A stretch of DNA of 36,566 bases from Patellaria atrata CBS 101060 (taxonomy: Eukaryota), in the NCBI GenBank assembly GCA_010093705.1, contig MU006108.1:148098-184663 (forward strand), written 5' to 3'. This document shows positions 1 to 10,363 of this stretch, one piece after another. The position numbers and the translations under genes are program-made. How positions within the stretch are numbered: the first letter of the stretch is position 1; each line of letters begins with the position of its first letter. The notes below the pieces were generated by a model that was not told the DNA's origin, did not search any database, and was given only the letters and a program-made list of their open reading frames with translations.

Positions 1-107
1 GGGTTTGTGGGGTTGTTCATAATATACGTAAAAGAGTCGTAGAAGGGGTGTAAATTTTTTTGTGAGGTGCTAACTGAATATGCGGCCACAACGTGACCGC
101 ACTACGT

Positions 108-1574
108 TCATCGTGCAGCAGCTTCAAGCTGACTGGGTGTAGGGTTGGGAGCTCTATTGCCATCTGTGGCAGCTTGGGAGGAGGCGTTATGGTTCCATCC
201 GAAAAGGTTGACATTTGGTCTGGAAGGAAGACGGAACCTATCCCGCCAACTGCTGTGATTACCATCATTGTTGTGTGTGGTACTTGGTTGGATATTTGAT
301 CGGCTCCGGATACGGGAGGAATAAGGATTGGTCCTATCATAACGTTCCCGAGGATCAAGGAATAGTCTGTTGTTGACAACGTACATACGGGGACGAGCAA
401 AGACGAAACCACCACGTCCACCTACCCACACCGGCTGGGGAACTGAAGGGCCTCTGAATCCTTGCGAACGACGACCAGTTGCACCATTAGCATCTTCACC
501 TTCAGGCTTGGGTTTGGGAATGTAGTAATCGGCCTTGCAGAGAGGACAACATGCACGACGGCTGGTCAACCAAGGATCGACACAGCCAGCGTGGAAAGCA
601 TGTCCGCAAGTCAGCCCTCGAACATCATCTTCATCCTCAACGGTGTCGAGACAGATTGCACACGTATCACCGGGAGCAGCAAGCATTTCTGGGGGAACAG
701 CAGTCCGGATAGGGTCGTCTTCGTCTTCCTCCTCTTCAACGTGTGGCTTGGGTGGAGTGGTCTCCTTGGCATCTGCAGTCTCCTTACGGTCCTTTGGATC
801 TTCAGGTATGGTGGAGGCGACTGTTTCGATCTTCTCAAGCACGGTGTGTTTCTCATGATCGTGCGACGATGCGGGTACGTCGAAAGCCTTGTTGCCAGTG
901 TTGACAGCATGATCTTGTCGAGCGATTGATAGGGCCGTTACGCTCTTCGTCGAATCGGTTGAGTGTCGAGGTTCATTTGTTTCTCCTATCGCAGCTTCCA
1001 CTTCTTTCACGCTTCCTGGTCTGCTTGGAGGAGCTGTAATACCACCAGCAGCAGGTAAGCCTTCCTCCTCCCGTGCAGCGCGCCACGTCTTGTACTTGAT
1101 CAAAGGGAAACGTTCGTTCACTTCGTCCATTGTCATCAACTTCTTCTCCCTTCTCCTGCGATGTGGTCGTGGCATTGATGCCATGTCGATGTTTTCACCG
1201 TCTGCGTTCTGTCGCAACTGTCTATTGCGTTGATTGTACCTGAAGCAGTACTTGACACCGACAATGATCCTAGAGGAGGATACAGTAAGCATCCGACGAT
1301 TCTATTTTTATTTATTTATTTTTCTCTTTCTCTTTCTTTTTCTTTTGTTTTTTTTTTTTTTTTTTCTTCTTTTTTCCTCTACGATGCAGTCTGCAGTCTG
1401 CAGTCTGGGTGAATGCGGTGCGAGGCTGACTTACCATAAGTTGGTGAACACTACACCGAATCCAAGTGCAACGAAGAAGAGTAAGGGGGAACTTGTGGGT
1501 CCACTTCCACCGCCACCTCCTCCGGTATTTGAACCTGTTGGCCCTGGAGGAGCGGTTGGTGTTGACGTTGACAT
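108..1574 (-). CDS. Single-TM RING-H2 E3 ubiquitin ligase; exons 1574-1435, 1269-108
   Basis: ATG at 1574 (MSTSTPTAPP...LLFFVALGFGVVFTNLW) joins in frame through a GTAAGT..CTAG intron (1434-1270) to IIVGVKY, forming a TM helix. RING-H2 motif CAIC..LTCGHAFHAGCVDPW..CPLC. Confidence 0.9.
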
Positions 1575-2402
1575 CGTTGTCGAATATTACGAGTGAATTT
1601 GTCGTGGTGCTAGAGCGGTCGCATTCAGCGAAGTCTGATGGCGAAAAAGGTCCAGGTCAGCTCGCTTGGGTGGAAAAAGGATAGGTGGAACCTGCCACTA
1701 CAGGAGTAAGATATGAAATGCTTCCAAATCAAAACAAGAAGTGAAAGATTCTACTGTTTTAAGAAAACAGAGAAGTTGATGTCGATCGATCAAATGTGCC
1801 GCTTAAGCATCGGGTCCAGGTGTGGAAGTGGACACAAGAAGTTGAAGTGGCGAGGAAGAGTCGGCTGGGAGTGCAAGCAAGGTAAAAGTGAACCTGCAGC
1901 GAAAGCAAAAAGGGCTTGGAGAGAAGCCTTTTTCCAGTCACGTCTCGAACTGAACTGTAGAAACAATAGGCTTCATCAGGTGATTGCTGCATCCAAGAGT
2001 CTTGACTTCTGTTAGGAACCTGACCGGCGTGAAGCTGTTTTCTGACAGACAAGAATGATGGCTTTACGATGGATGACGGTTAGATGTTGGAAATAATGAT
2101 GGGCTGGAGAAGGCAGCGAGTTGGTTGTTTAGTGGCGATGAAGAGTGCGGAGAGACGTGGGTCGATGGGAGGGGAGCTTCGGCTCTAGCTCGAACTGGTC
2201 AAAGTCTTTTAGGATTCTTCTCCTTCTCCCTGGCAGGAAATGCGACAAGGAGCGAGCGAAAGAAGGGGATTATTGGTTAGGATAAGCAAAAGCAAAGGCA
2301 AGTGAGACGGCTCCCTTACCCGGATCACCACCAACTTTCAAAAGGTTCTCGTTCGATCACGTCCCGTTAAAGGCAATCTATATGACTTTTTAACAACTTC
2401 TT

Positions 2403-2505
2403 TGCCTTGCTTTTAGACTGCCTTGCTTTCAGACTGCCTTGCTTTCAGACTGCCTTGCTTTCAGACTGCCTTGCTTTCAGACTGCCTTGCTTTTAGACTG
2501 CCTTG
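2403..2505. repeat. 16-bp minisatellite TGCCTTGCTTTYAGAC x ~6.4
   Basis: Six full units plus a partial; one C/T variable position. Confidence 0.95.
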
Positions 2506-2506
2506 G

Positions 2507-2538
2507 TCTTCTTCTTCTTCTTCTTCTTCTTCTTCTTC
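2507..2538. repeat. (CTT)n microsatellite
   Basis: Read directly; abuts the 16-mer array. Confidence 0.95.
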
Positions 2539-2916
2539 ACTACTTTGCTTCTAGAACTACTGAGCCACATCCAAGTTTACTTGTAGCCGAAGATACTTTT
2601 TAAGAGATACTTTTTAAGAGATGGTTCCTTGGAAAACTTCAAAGCGGCTTCGAATTGTAATTTCTACAGTGCGCTGCGAACGGGCTTTCACAGGCTGCTC
2701 GGGACCCGCGACAAATAAAGTGTTGATTTGCAACATACATATGCACCCCCAGTTGTGCAGGATGGGCTGGAGCAGCAGAAGAGCTTGACCAGCAATTCAG
2801 CAACTTATCACTCCCTAATACATTATTTATCAACAATAATAACAACTTCACACCAGAAAGTTTGTAGATGATAACACTGCTATGGGATGTCAAGCGCGTG
2901 ACGACAGAGTTTAGAG

Positions 2917-3075
2917 ATGTTGATGATGATGATGTTGTTGTTGTTGTTGATGATGATGATGATGATGATGTTGACGATGATGATGATGTTGATGATAATA
3001 ATGATGATGTTGACGATGATATTGGTAATGATGATGATGTTGACGATGATGATGTTGATGATGATGATGATGATT
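2917..3075. repeat. Compound (GAT/GTT/GAC/AAT)n trinucleotide tract
   Basis: ~160 bp of GAT-based triplets; source of the poly-D/M/I/H ORFs. Confidence 0.95.
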
Positions 3076-3708
3076 ACAACAGTATTGCGCAAAGTGGTAC
3101 TCCCGCATCAAAGAAAGCTGGGCAAAGCCTAAAAACAAGCCTTTTCTCAAAAAGATCCAGGATGTTGAGTTGCCCGCGGTCAATAGTCGGGATTCCTTCG
3201 CTGAGCAAGGAGAAAAGGCAGATCTTGGCCACATCGAGCGCCGATAGGCTAAAACAGATGCCAGATGCCAGATGCCAATATCATCACGCGACGCTGTTCC
3301 GTATCGTGGGGTAAAGTGGTAAAGTGGTAAGGTGGTAAAGAGAATTACAATCTGCAACAGTTTTATCTTTCCAGTTACACCACAGGCCGGGACCTTCTTT
3401 TTTCAGATGTCTTCCAACATGTGTACAACTTCCCTAAATATATGCAAAATTGGGGTCGAAGGTGATGAATCAGCAGAACATGAACAACCTATCCAGATTT
3501 GGAAGCCACCCAAAAGATGATTTGCATTTGACCTCCACAACCCTGGGCCTTCCCGTTCAACGCTCGCCAAGCGTCCCTTTGCAAACCAGACCCGACATCA
3601 ATCGGCCAACGTCTCCGTTTCGTTCTCTAAATCTGAAAATCGTGCATCATCTGTTACATTTCCCCGTAATACAGCATTAATCTCAGCGCGCTAACCACAG
3701 ACCCAAAA

Positions 3709-4481
3709 ATGGCCGCTCCAAACGGCAACCCAGTAGTTTTCTTCGACATCACCCTAGGAGGTGAGATCAATCCAACATTGCAACACACGTGACCTTCCCC
3801 TTGCCCTCCCCTTGCCCTCCCCTTTCCCTCCCCATCCCTTCCCCTTCCTCTCCCCTTTCCCTGCTAATAATCATATGGCGGAATAGGGGAGTCCTTGGGT
3901 AGGATAAAGATGGAACTATTCCAGAACACCGTGCCGCGGACCGCCGAAAACTTCCGCAAATTCTGCACCGGCGAGACGAAGAGCTCCCAAGGGCGGCCAC
4001 AAGGCTACAAGGGGAGCAAATTCCACCGGGTGGTTCGTTTTTCCCCGGTTTTTTCGTTGGCTATTTGGCAATGTTTTCGAGTAACACGGCGTGTAGATCA
4101 AGGAGTTCATGATCCAGGGCGGTGACTTTCTGAACGGCGATGGGACTGGATCTATCTCTATCTATGGCACTCGATCGTTTGCGGATGAGAATTTCGACCT
4201 GAAGCATGATACGCCTGGTCTTCTTAGTATGGCCGTGGGTATACCTCGCTGGAGATATGTGTCGGACAACGTTGACTGATGTTGGATAGAATTCTGGGCC
4301 CAACAGCAATGGTAGTCAGTTCTTCATCACGACCGTGCCTACACCTTTCCTGGACAACAAGCACGTTGTCTTTGGAAAGGTGATCGATGGTATGGACGTT
4401 GTGAAGAAGATTGAAAACACGAGGACCATCAAGGATAAGCCGACTCAGGATGTGGTCATCAGTCAGTGTGGCGAAATGTGA
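3709..4481 (+). CDS. CYP3: Cyclophilin PPIase, PPIH/Cyp3 (U4/U6 snRNP) type; exons 3709-3760, 3887-4032, 4097-4234, 4290-4481
   Basis: [74 protein letters not shown], and C-terminal CGEM typical of PPIH. Three GT-AG introns keep frame. Confidence 0.92.
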
Positions 4482-5244
4482 TGGAAGTGCGGTACTAGAA
4501 TCGATCAAATTATCCGATAGGAAGCAACTCATCGTTCTTCTTTGGAAGGTTAGCTTGAGGTGTAATGTCTTCCTCACAGTCTCCCGTTGAGATGGAGCTG
4601 ATAAATAGTCTGGAAGCCGGTCAGGTAAGGTCTTCCGAGGAACAGCAGCATGAACCATGGTTAGGATAGCAGGACTGAGTAGCATATGCCTGGATATCAG
4701 AAGTAGTATCGATTAGACATTCGAGATTGAATGGTGAAGCATGACAATAAAAGCCGTTCAAGTATCTCTTATCTCAAAAGTGCAACACCATGACCGTGGC
4801 CGTTATTGGGCCAACAGGTGTAAATAAGCACATTGCGACTACTTGAAAATGTATTTCCTATGTCTAAAAATCACATCCTAGAGTATCCAAGTCATATCCT
4901 GGCATCCGCAATTCTTAAAAATTACAGTCACGGAAAGTCATATCCAGCATCTACACTCACATCTATATCTACATCATGCACATCCATCGACAGTCATCAT
5001 AACACATCACATCATTTCAAATCATATCTTTGTTCGTGAGATCAGTCTGAGAAGAGAGAAAGAGCTTTGATTACTATGTATAAGATATCAGACGACACGA
5101 TCATGATAATTACAGAAGTAAAGCCAAAAACCTCCAAACCCGAATAACAAGCATGAGAAAAGCCAATAGGGCATAATAGCCATGACTCGGGAAAAGATAA
5201 TAGGCATCCAACATCAACACCACAACGATCGACTTAGCACTTAC

Positions 5245-5967
5245 GTCCGCATACGCCAGACTGGCCGAGCTCATGTCGAAGATGGAGAGATGAGGAGCAA
5301 AAATGATAATCAACAATCTGCTCACGCTCTAGAAGAGATGTTAGTACAGTAGAGAAGATGTGACGAAGCGTTGAACTTACTAAGACCCTGAGGCTAGCGC
5401 ACCACCATCCAACCAACCCATCAACCCCCAACTTCAAAGATCCATCACCGCAAGTCCAGTCGTGGATTGAGATCGTCGTGCTGATCTTGGGCCTTGCCTC
5501 CACAACCGGACTTCCAACCGGACCCCACAAAAGTCTACGAGGGTCAGCAAGAGCAAGGAAGAGTGAGGGATTGTTTGCCTTACGTTTTTTTTTGGGCAAA
5601 AGCCCGCCACCATCCACCACCTGGCCGGGTTGCCACTCTCCCTGACGGTGCCCCCTATGTGAACTTGATAAGAACAAAGAGTCAGTAGAGCTTAAAGATA
5701 AAGCGGGTTTGGTGATGGTAACAAACATCAACTCGTCGTGCGCTGACAAAGATCTTGGGATGTTAGTATGGTTACGATACGATGATGATGTTGAACTCAC
5801 GATTTTTTGAGCAAAAGCCCCGCCACCATCCACCGCCTGGCCGTGTTGCCACTCTCCCTAACGATGCCCCCTATATGAACTGAAAGGAAAGAAAGAGTTA
5901 GTAAAGAACGGTAATGGGATGGGAAGCGGGTAGACTTAGCTCTGGTGATGATTGACAGACAACCTAC
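5245..5967 (-). ncRNA. Multi-exon non-coding segment (spliced 3' UTR of the 6249-6965 ORF, or a lncRNA); introns 5967-5880, 5800-5754, 5726-5664, 5583-5535, 5380-5329, further donor at 5244
   Basis: Donors GTAGGT/GTGAGT/GTTTGT/GTAAGG/GTAAGT; branch points TACTAAC x3, TACTGAC, TGCTGAC; acceptors CAG/AAG/TAG; intron lengths 47-88 nt. Confidence 0.65.
5596..5906. repeat. ~95-bp imperfect direct repeat (5596-5690 and 5811-5906)
   Basis: GCAAAAGCCC..CCACCATCCACC..TTGCCACTCTCCCT..GCCCCCTAT..GAAC present twice, 215 bp apart. Confidence 0.9.
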
Positions 5968-6082
5968 CCGATCCTTCCCTTGACCAAGTATCCGCGTCGA
6001 CGCCAGATCCTTCTCTTGAAAAGCCTTCTTTTAAATGTTGAACCGAGAAAGAAGACCACGTATCAAGAGTCGATCTGGTCGT

Positions 6083-6165
6083 TGGAACCTTCCGCCTTAC
6101 CAGGGGGTTGTTTCGTTGGGTTTTCCTTCCCAGTGTGGAACCTTCCGCCTTGCCAGGGGGTTGTT
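6083..6165. repeat. 30-bp direct repeat TGGAACCTTCCGCCTTRCCAGGGGGTTGTT (6083-6112, 6136-6165)
   Basis: Two copies, one mismatch. Confidence 0.9.
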
Positions 6166-6248
6166 GAAAAGAGGCGTGCTGGAGTTTTCCTTCTCACGGC
6201 AGTCGGAGAGGGAGAGAGAGAGAGCTGTGTGTCAAGGAGCGTCGAAAC

Positions 6249-6965
6249 TCAAGTGAAGTAAACGTCGAATGATAGCCAGGGCTTGAGTTCAATCATCTTT
6301 TCCGCATTATACCGTCCGACGACACCAGCATAGAAATCATGCCCTCGGGCTAACGCTTCCGGCCCGTAGCGGTTTAGTCCTATGATCTTAGCCCAGATAG
6401 GGGTCATATGGAGATTCCACACGGTATTGCGGATAGCCTCGTCAGTACAAGCATAGGCGCGAACAGCTGCTTTTGGAACCGATTCTTGATTTTGCGGGAC
6501 GGATGTACGATCGTAGAAATCACCGGGGATGCAATCTGCGCACGTCTCCAATGGCCTCGGCTCGCGGAAGGGTTCGTCGATATAAGACACATCGACCCAC
6601 CCAACTGACTTGACGGGACCGCGGGCGGAACCATTTTTCCTAAGGATTGGAGGGTGGAGCTCTGCAGGGTCGTCGATATCCATGGGGTCTCCCGCATCCA
6701 TAAGTCCGGCAGGGTCGTCGATATCCATCGGCTCTGGAACATAAGGCTTGATTCTGATCACTTTCAGGAGCTCCAGTTCAAGAGGCTCTGGAGGGGAAGG
6801 GAACGCCAACTTGAAAGTGGACTTGAGTATAGCGAAAACTGACTTGAAAGCGAACTTGAATATAGCCATGATGATTGGCTTTATTACGTCCCAATGGTTA
6901 GAGATGAGGACACTCAGGAAGAAAGAGAGGAGGGTGTAATGGCAATAGATGTTTTCGGCCGGCAT
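6249..6965 (-). CDS. Hypothetical orphan protein, 238 aa (start may be the Met at 6869)
   Basis: Uninterrupted ORF with in-frame internal duplications (33 and 45 nt), a CT-rich leader and a TATA-like TACATAAATA at 7146-7137. No family recognised. Confidence 0.6.
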   Translation of the reverse strand: MPAENIYCHYTLLSFFLSVLISNHWDVIKPIIMAIFKFAFKSVFAILKSTFKLAFPSPPEPLELELLKVIRIKPYVPEPMDIDDPAGLMDAGDPMDIDDPAELHPPILRKNGSARGPVKSVGWVDVSYIDEPFREPRPLETCADCIPGDFYDRTSVPQNQESVPKAAVRAYACTDEAIRNTVWNLHMTPIWAKIIGLNRYGPEALARGHDFYAGVVGRYNAEKMIELKPWLSFDVYFT

Positions 6966-7136
6966 CGTAACGATGGTTAGAGGGATGAGAGATAGAGGTG
7001 TTGATGAGGATGGATGCTAGTAAACGCAAGAATGTGTGTGTAATGTGAGTATAGATTTGTGTGAGTCTGTGAGCAGGAGAAACCAGTATGGTGTAGAGGG
7101 GAAAAGGAAGAGGTGGAAAGGTTGAGGCGGGAGCGG

Positions 7137-7146
7137 TATTTATGTA
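7137..7146 (-). promoter_or_regulatory. TATA-like element upstream of the orphan ORF
   Basis: TACATAAATA followed by pyrimidine-rich sequence on the minus strand. Confidence 0.35.
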
Positions 7147-7409
7147 CAGTGTGAGAGGTGGCACGGAGCAACCACAACAACATAAACATAAACAATGGAT
7201 TGTTTACAGAAGGCGCGAGGCGGGAAAGTGCGTGTGACTATGCGAGAGTTGGGAGGCATCAGGAGCTGTTACGTTGGGTCATGAAGCAGAACGAGCACGT
7301 GAGGTTTTTGGTGAATGTCAGAACTCACATTTTCTGCGGGACATATTACATCGGACCTTCATTCGAGGAGGCGCTTGAACATTCACATCGCATTGAGCAA
7401 CTATGAACT

Positions 7410-10002
7410 CTATCTCTTACTCTTTCGCATCCGCTTGATTCTTTCATACTCATTCTTCTCCCTTCCCTCCTCCCCCTGAATCTCAGCCACGAGTTTCTTA
7501 TACTTAGCCTCATAAGCTTGATCTTTCTCCTTCTTCTCCCTGAGTCTTTCACGAGCTATGAAATTGGCATCTTTACGCAATTCCCGCATAGCTCCTTTTC
7601 GTTCGCGCTTATACTCAGCCTTGAGTTTGCTCGCTTCTGCTCGATCTCGGTCGGGATCGTAGTGTTTGTTGGGATTGAAACCTTCCTCGAATTTAGGAAT
7701 TGAGGTCTTGATGGCGAGCGGGCGATGATGGTGGAGTTCAAGAGGCCGGCGTGCGAGGCGCGACTTGGATATTAGGAGCCGTAACTGGTGAGCATGCTTC
7801 TTCTGGGTTGGTATGGTAGAGAGTAGCTCAAGTGCAGGATTGAAAATCTCAATGAATGCTGATTTCGCAGCCCAAATATTGCTCATCTCTACCAGGTTCT
7901 TGACATGGACATCAAACAAATCAGGACTGATTGTATGGAATTTTATCGATAAGATAGTAAAGCGAACCGCCTCTGGTATGTATCGTTGAGCTAGATTTTG
8001 GTACTTCAAACACAATGCGACCAGGACAGCGCCAGAGGATATCACCTCAGTTGAATCTGGACGTGTCAACCCAAGAAATCTGCCCATTAGTGTGATAGCA
8101 GGTGTTACGACTTGATGAAAGTGATCTGATGTCGGATATATTGTACCAACTGCTGTAAGGATGATCAGGTCTCCGGGCTGGGGGAAGGGTTTGTCGTGAA
8201 GCTGTTCTAGATAAGAGCGGAATGCACGGGCAATTTCGCTCGTATATGTTCTCGAAAGTGAATGTATATGGCGTATCAAGGACTCCATGGTGCATAAATC
8301 GACTTCTGAGCCACTATTACCAAGGTGGTATATGTGGTTAACAAGTACTGTTGAGAAGATAGCAAGTTTATGTTTATTGTCTGCATGCAATTGAGGATGG
8401 TACAATGCTCGAATGCGTTGTACCACTGTAGAGACTTCTCGGGGTGGAACATTTTCAAGTACTTTAAGCAGTTCGGTATGATTCTGTGGACAGGAGTAGA
8501 TGAAAGCGATTTCCGAGGAGTTTGTGTTTTTGGAGTTCAGATTATTAACATATTGATCGATTCGCTGCCCGTTGTCCTCAGAGAATATATCTTGAATAAA
8601 CTCGGCGTCCTCGATATCTTGTATGGGATCTTCCACGGAAGCATCGGATTCCTCCGATGTTCCCTCCGACCACTCGGGGTCGACATCAGTCTCATCGGCG
8701 ATGAGATCTTCTTCTATAATGAAGTCATCTTCGTCGTCTATCCCCAAAGGTCTTAGTCCATGTTGATTGTTGAGAAAACCAAATTCCGCAGCATCGTCGG
8801 GGATGATATCTTCGTCCCCTTGCGCATTTGCTTCATGAGAAGTTTCCGCAGGCTCATCTTCACTCTCATCCTCACCTCTCATCCTACGCAGACGCTTCTC
8901 TTCTAACTCTTTCAACCTGCTAGCTTCCAGTGCAGCTTTCTCCTCTTCTGTTTTCGTCCTCTCTGTCGGTTTTGACTTTTTGTCAAACGCCATTTCCCTA
9001 ACCCTCGTATCATAGTCTTTCTCGTACTGTCCACCGTTCAGTCCCTCTATAAGGGCTGCTCTTTCAGGATTGATCGTTATTTGTCGATTTTCCGATACAG
9101 ATAGTACTACGGGTTTCTCCGGTTTGGGTTGGCCTCTTAGGATCGCGAGCAGATCTGGCATCCCCTTATCAAGTGCTTCCCTTAAATCTTCATCTTCTTC
9201 TTTGGCTTGCTGCCGCTCGTATTTGTGGAACTTCGACTTAGAGATAACTTCCTTCATCACCTCCGCTTTCGTCTTCTTACGCTCGAGTTGATTGTCTTCT
9301 TTGGGGTTGTCCTGAAAATCATCGTCGATAGGGAAACCACGTTTTCTTTTCAAGCTCTTAGTACTCCCATCTTCATCACTGCCCAATATATCACCATTAA
9401 CAGCGTCAAAATCATCGTGAGCATCTACACCAATTTCGAAGGACAGGGTTCGACCCAAGTGAGTCAATTGTTCCCCGCCGTCTCCTTCCTCCAAATCAAA
9501 GAGCGACGCTCCTTTTCTCCTAATTTTCTCCCTTGTAAAACGCTGTAACGCTCTCTCCTCCGGTGTCATTGTTGGATCGTTTTCTCCAATACGTCGGTCA
9601 AGAATACCACCTGCTTTATTTCGTTTATTCATCTCGAGTAGAAGCGTTTTCTTTCGCTATATGGCCATCATATTAGCAACATATCCGCAAAGCAACGGCG
9701 ATACGAAGAGAACGTACCGCTTCCTCCCCCATGCTTTTTGAGACACCTGGCCTCCCAACCATACTCTTTGCTAAGGGGCCAATTGCGAGCTTGTTGCCGA
9801 ATGATTCGAACTTCTGTGGTCTGGAAAGTGACTTGACATCGAAAGGGTTCAAACTGTCCCTAATATTGGAAAGAGCTGCATTTCTCTGTACTCTTTGCTC
9901 CGGAGTTGACCCTTTCTTCTTCTGCTTCTTAGACTTCTGAGGCCCTGTGATACCTTGCTCTCTCAATGACGCCTTCAGGCGTTTTAGTTGGGAAGGTGGC
10001 AT
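7410..10002 (-). CDS. NOP14: Nucleolar protein Nop14 (SSU processome); exons 10002-9718, 9656-7410
   Basis: NPFDVK, GRPGVSK, GGILDRRIGE, LTHLGRTL, KTKAEVMKEVISKSK, DHFHQVVTPA, KRERKGAMRELRKD. GTACGT..GCTAAT..TAG intron in frame. Confidence 0.95.
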
Positions 10003-10363
10003 GGCGAATACCCCTTGAAAGAAACTATGGCGCTTTTAATTGAAGTGCAAATATCAGAACTACTGCTCCATATAGTCCGGTAGCCGATAAGAGACTTTGT
10101 TTTCGAACACTGCCAATCTCTTTGGCTGCGGTTCATTTGACGCTAAGATAATTTTTGCCAAGATTTCGACATTGTGCCGAAGGCGGTCAAAGACGCGCTT
10201 TCGCTGAACCGAAAATCCTAAGCAAACACGTCAAACAGAGCACCGCTGCTACGAAAACATACTTCCGTTTTCGTAACTTGCCCACTTCTTCCCCACGTAC
10301 TGCATTATTCCTCACCCACCCCGCGACCAACGAGATCTAATTCACAGGAAAATACCGTACACG

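Noticed and set aside
2868..3357. Poly-Asp/His/Ile/Met ORFs
   Set aside because: All arise from the GAT microsatellite being stop-free in several frames
5028..5244. Intronic box C/D or H/ACA snoRNA in the long last intron
   Set aside because: A CTGA is present, but there is no good RTGATGA box, terminal stem or recognisable rRNA guide
5234..5833. 199-aa minus-strand ORF
   Set aside because: Runs through four predicted introns and has no protein-like features
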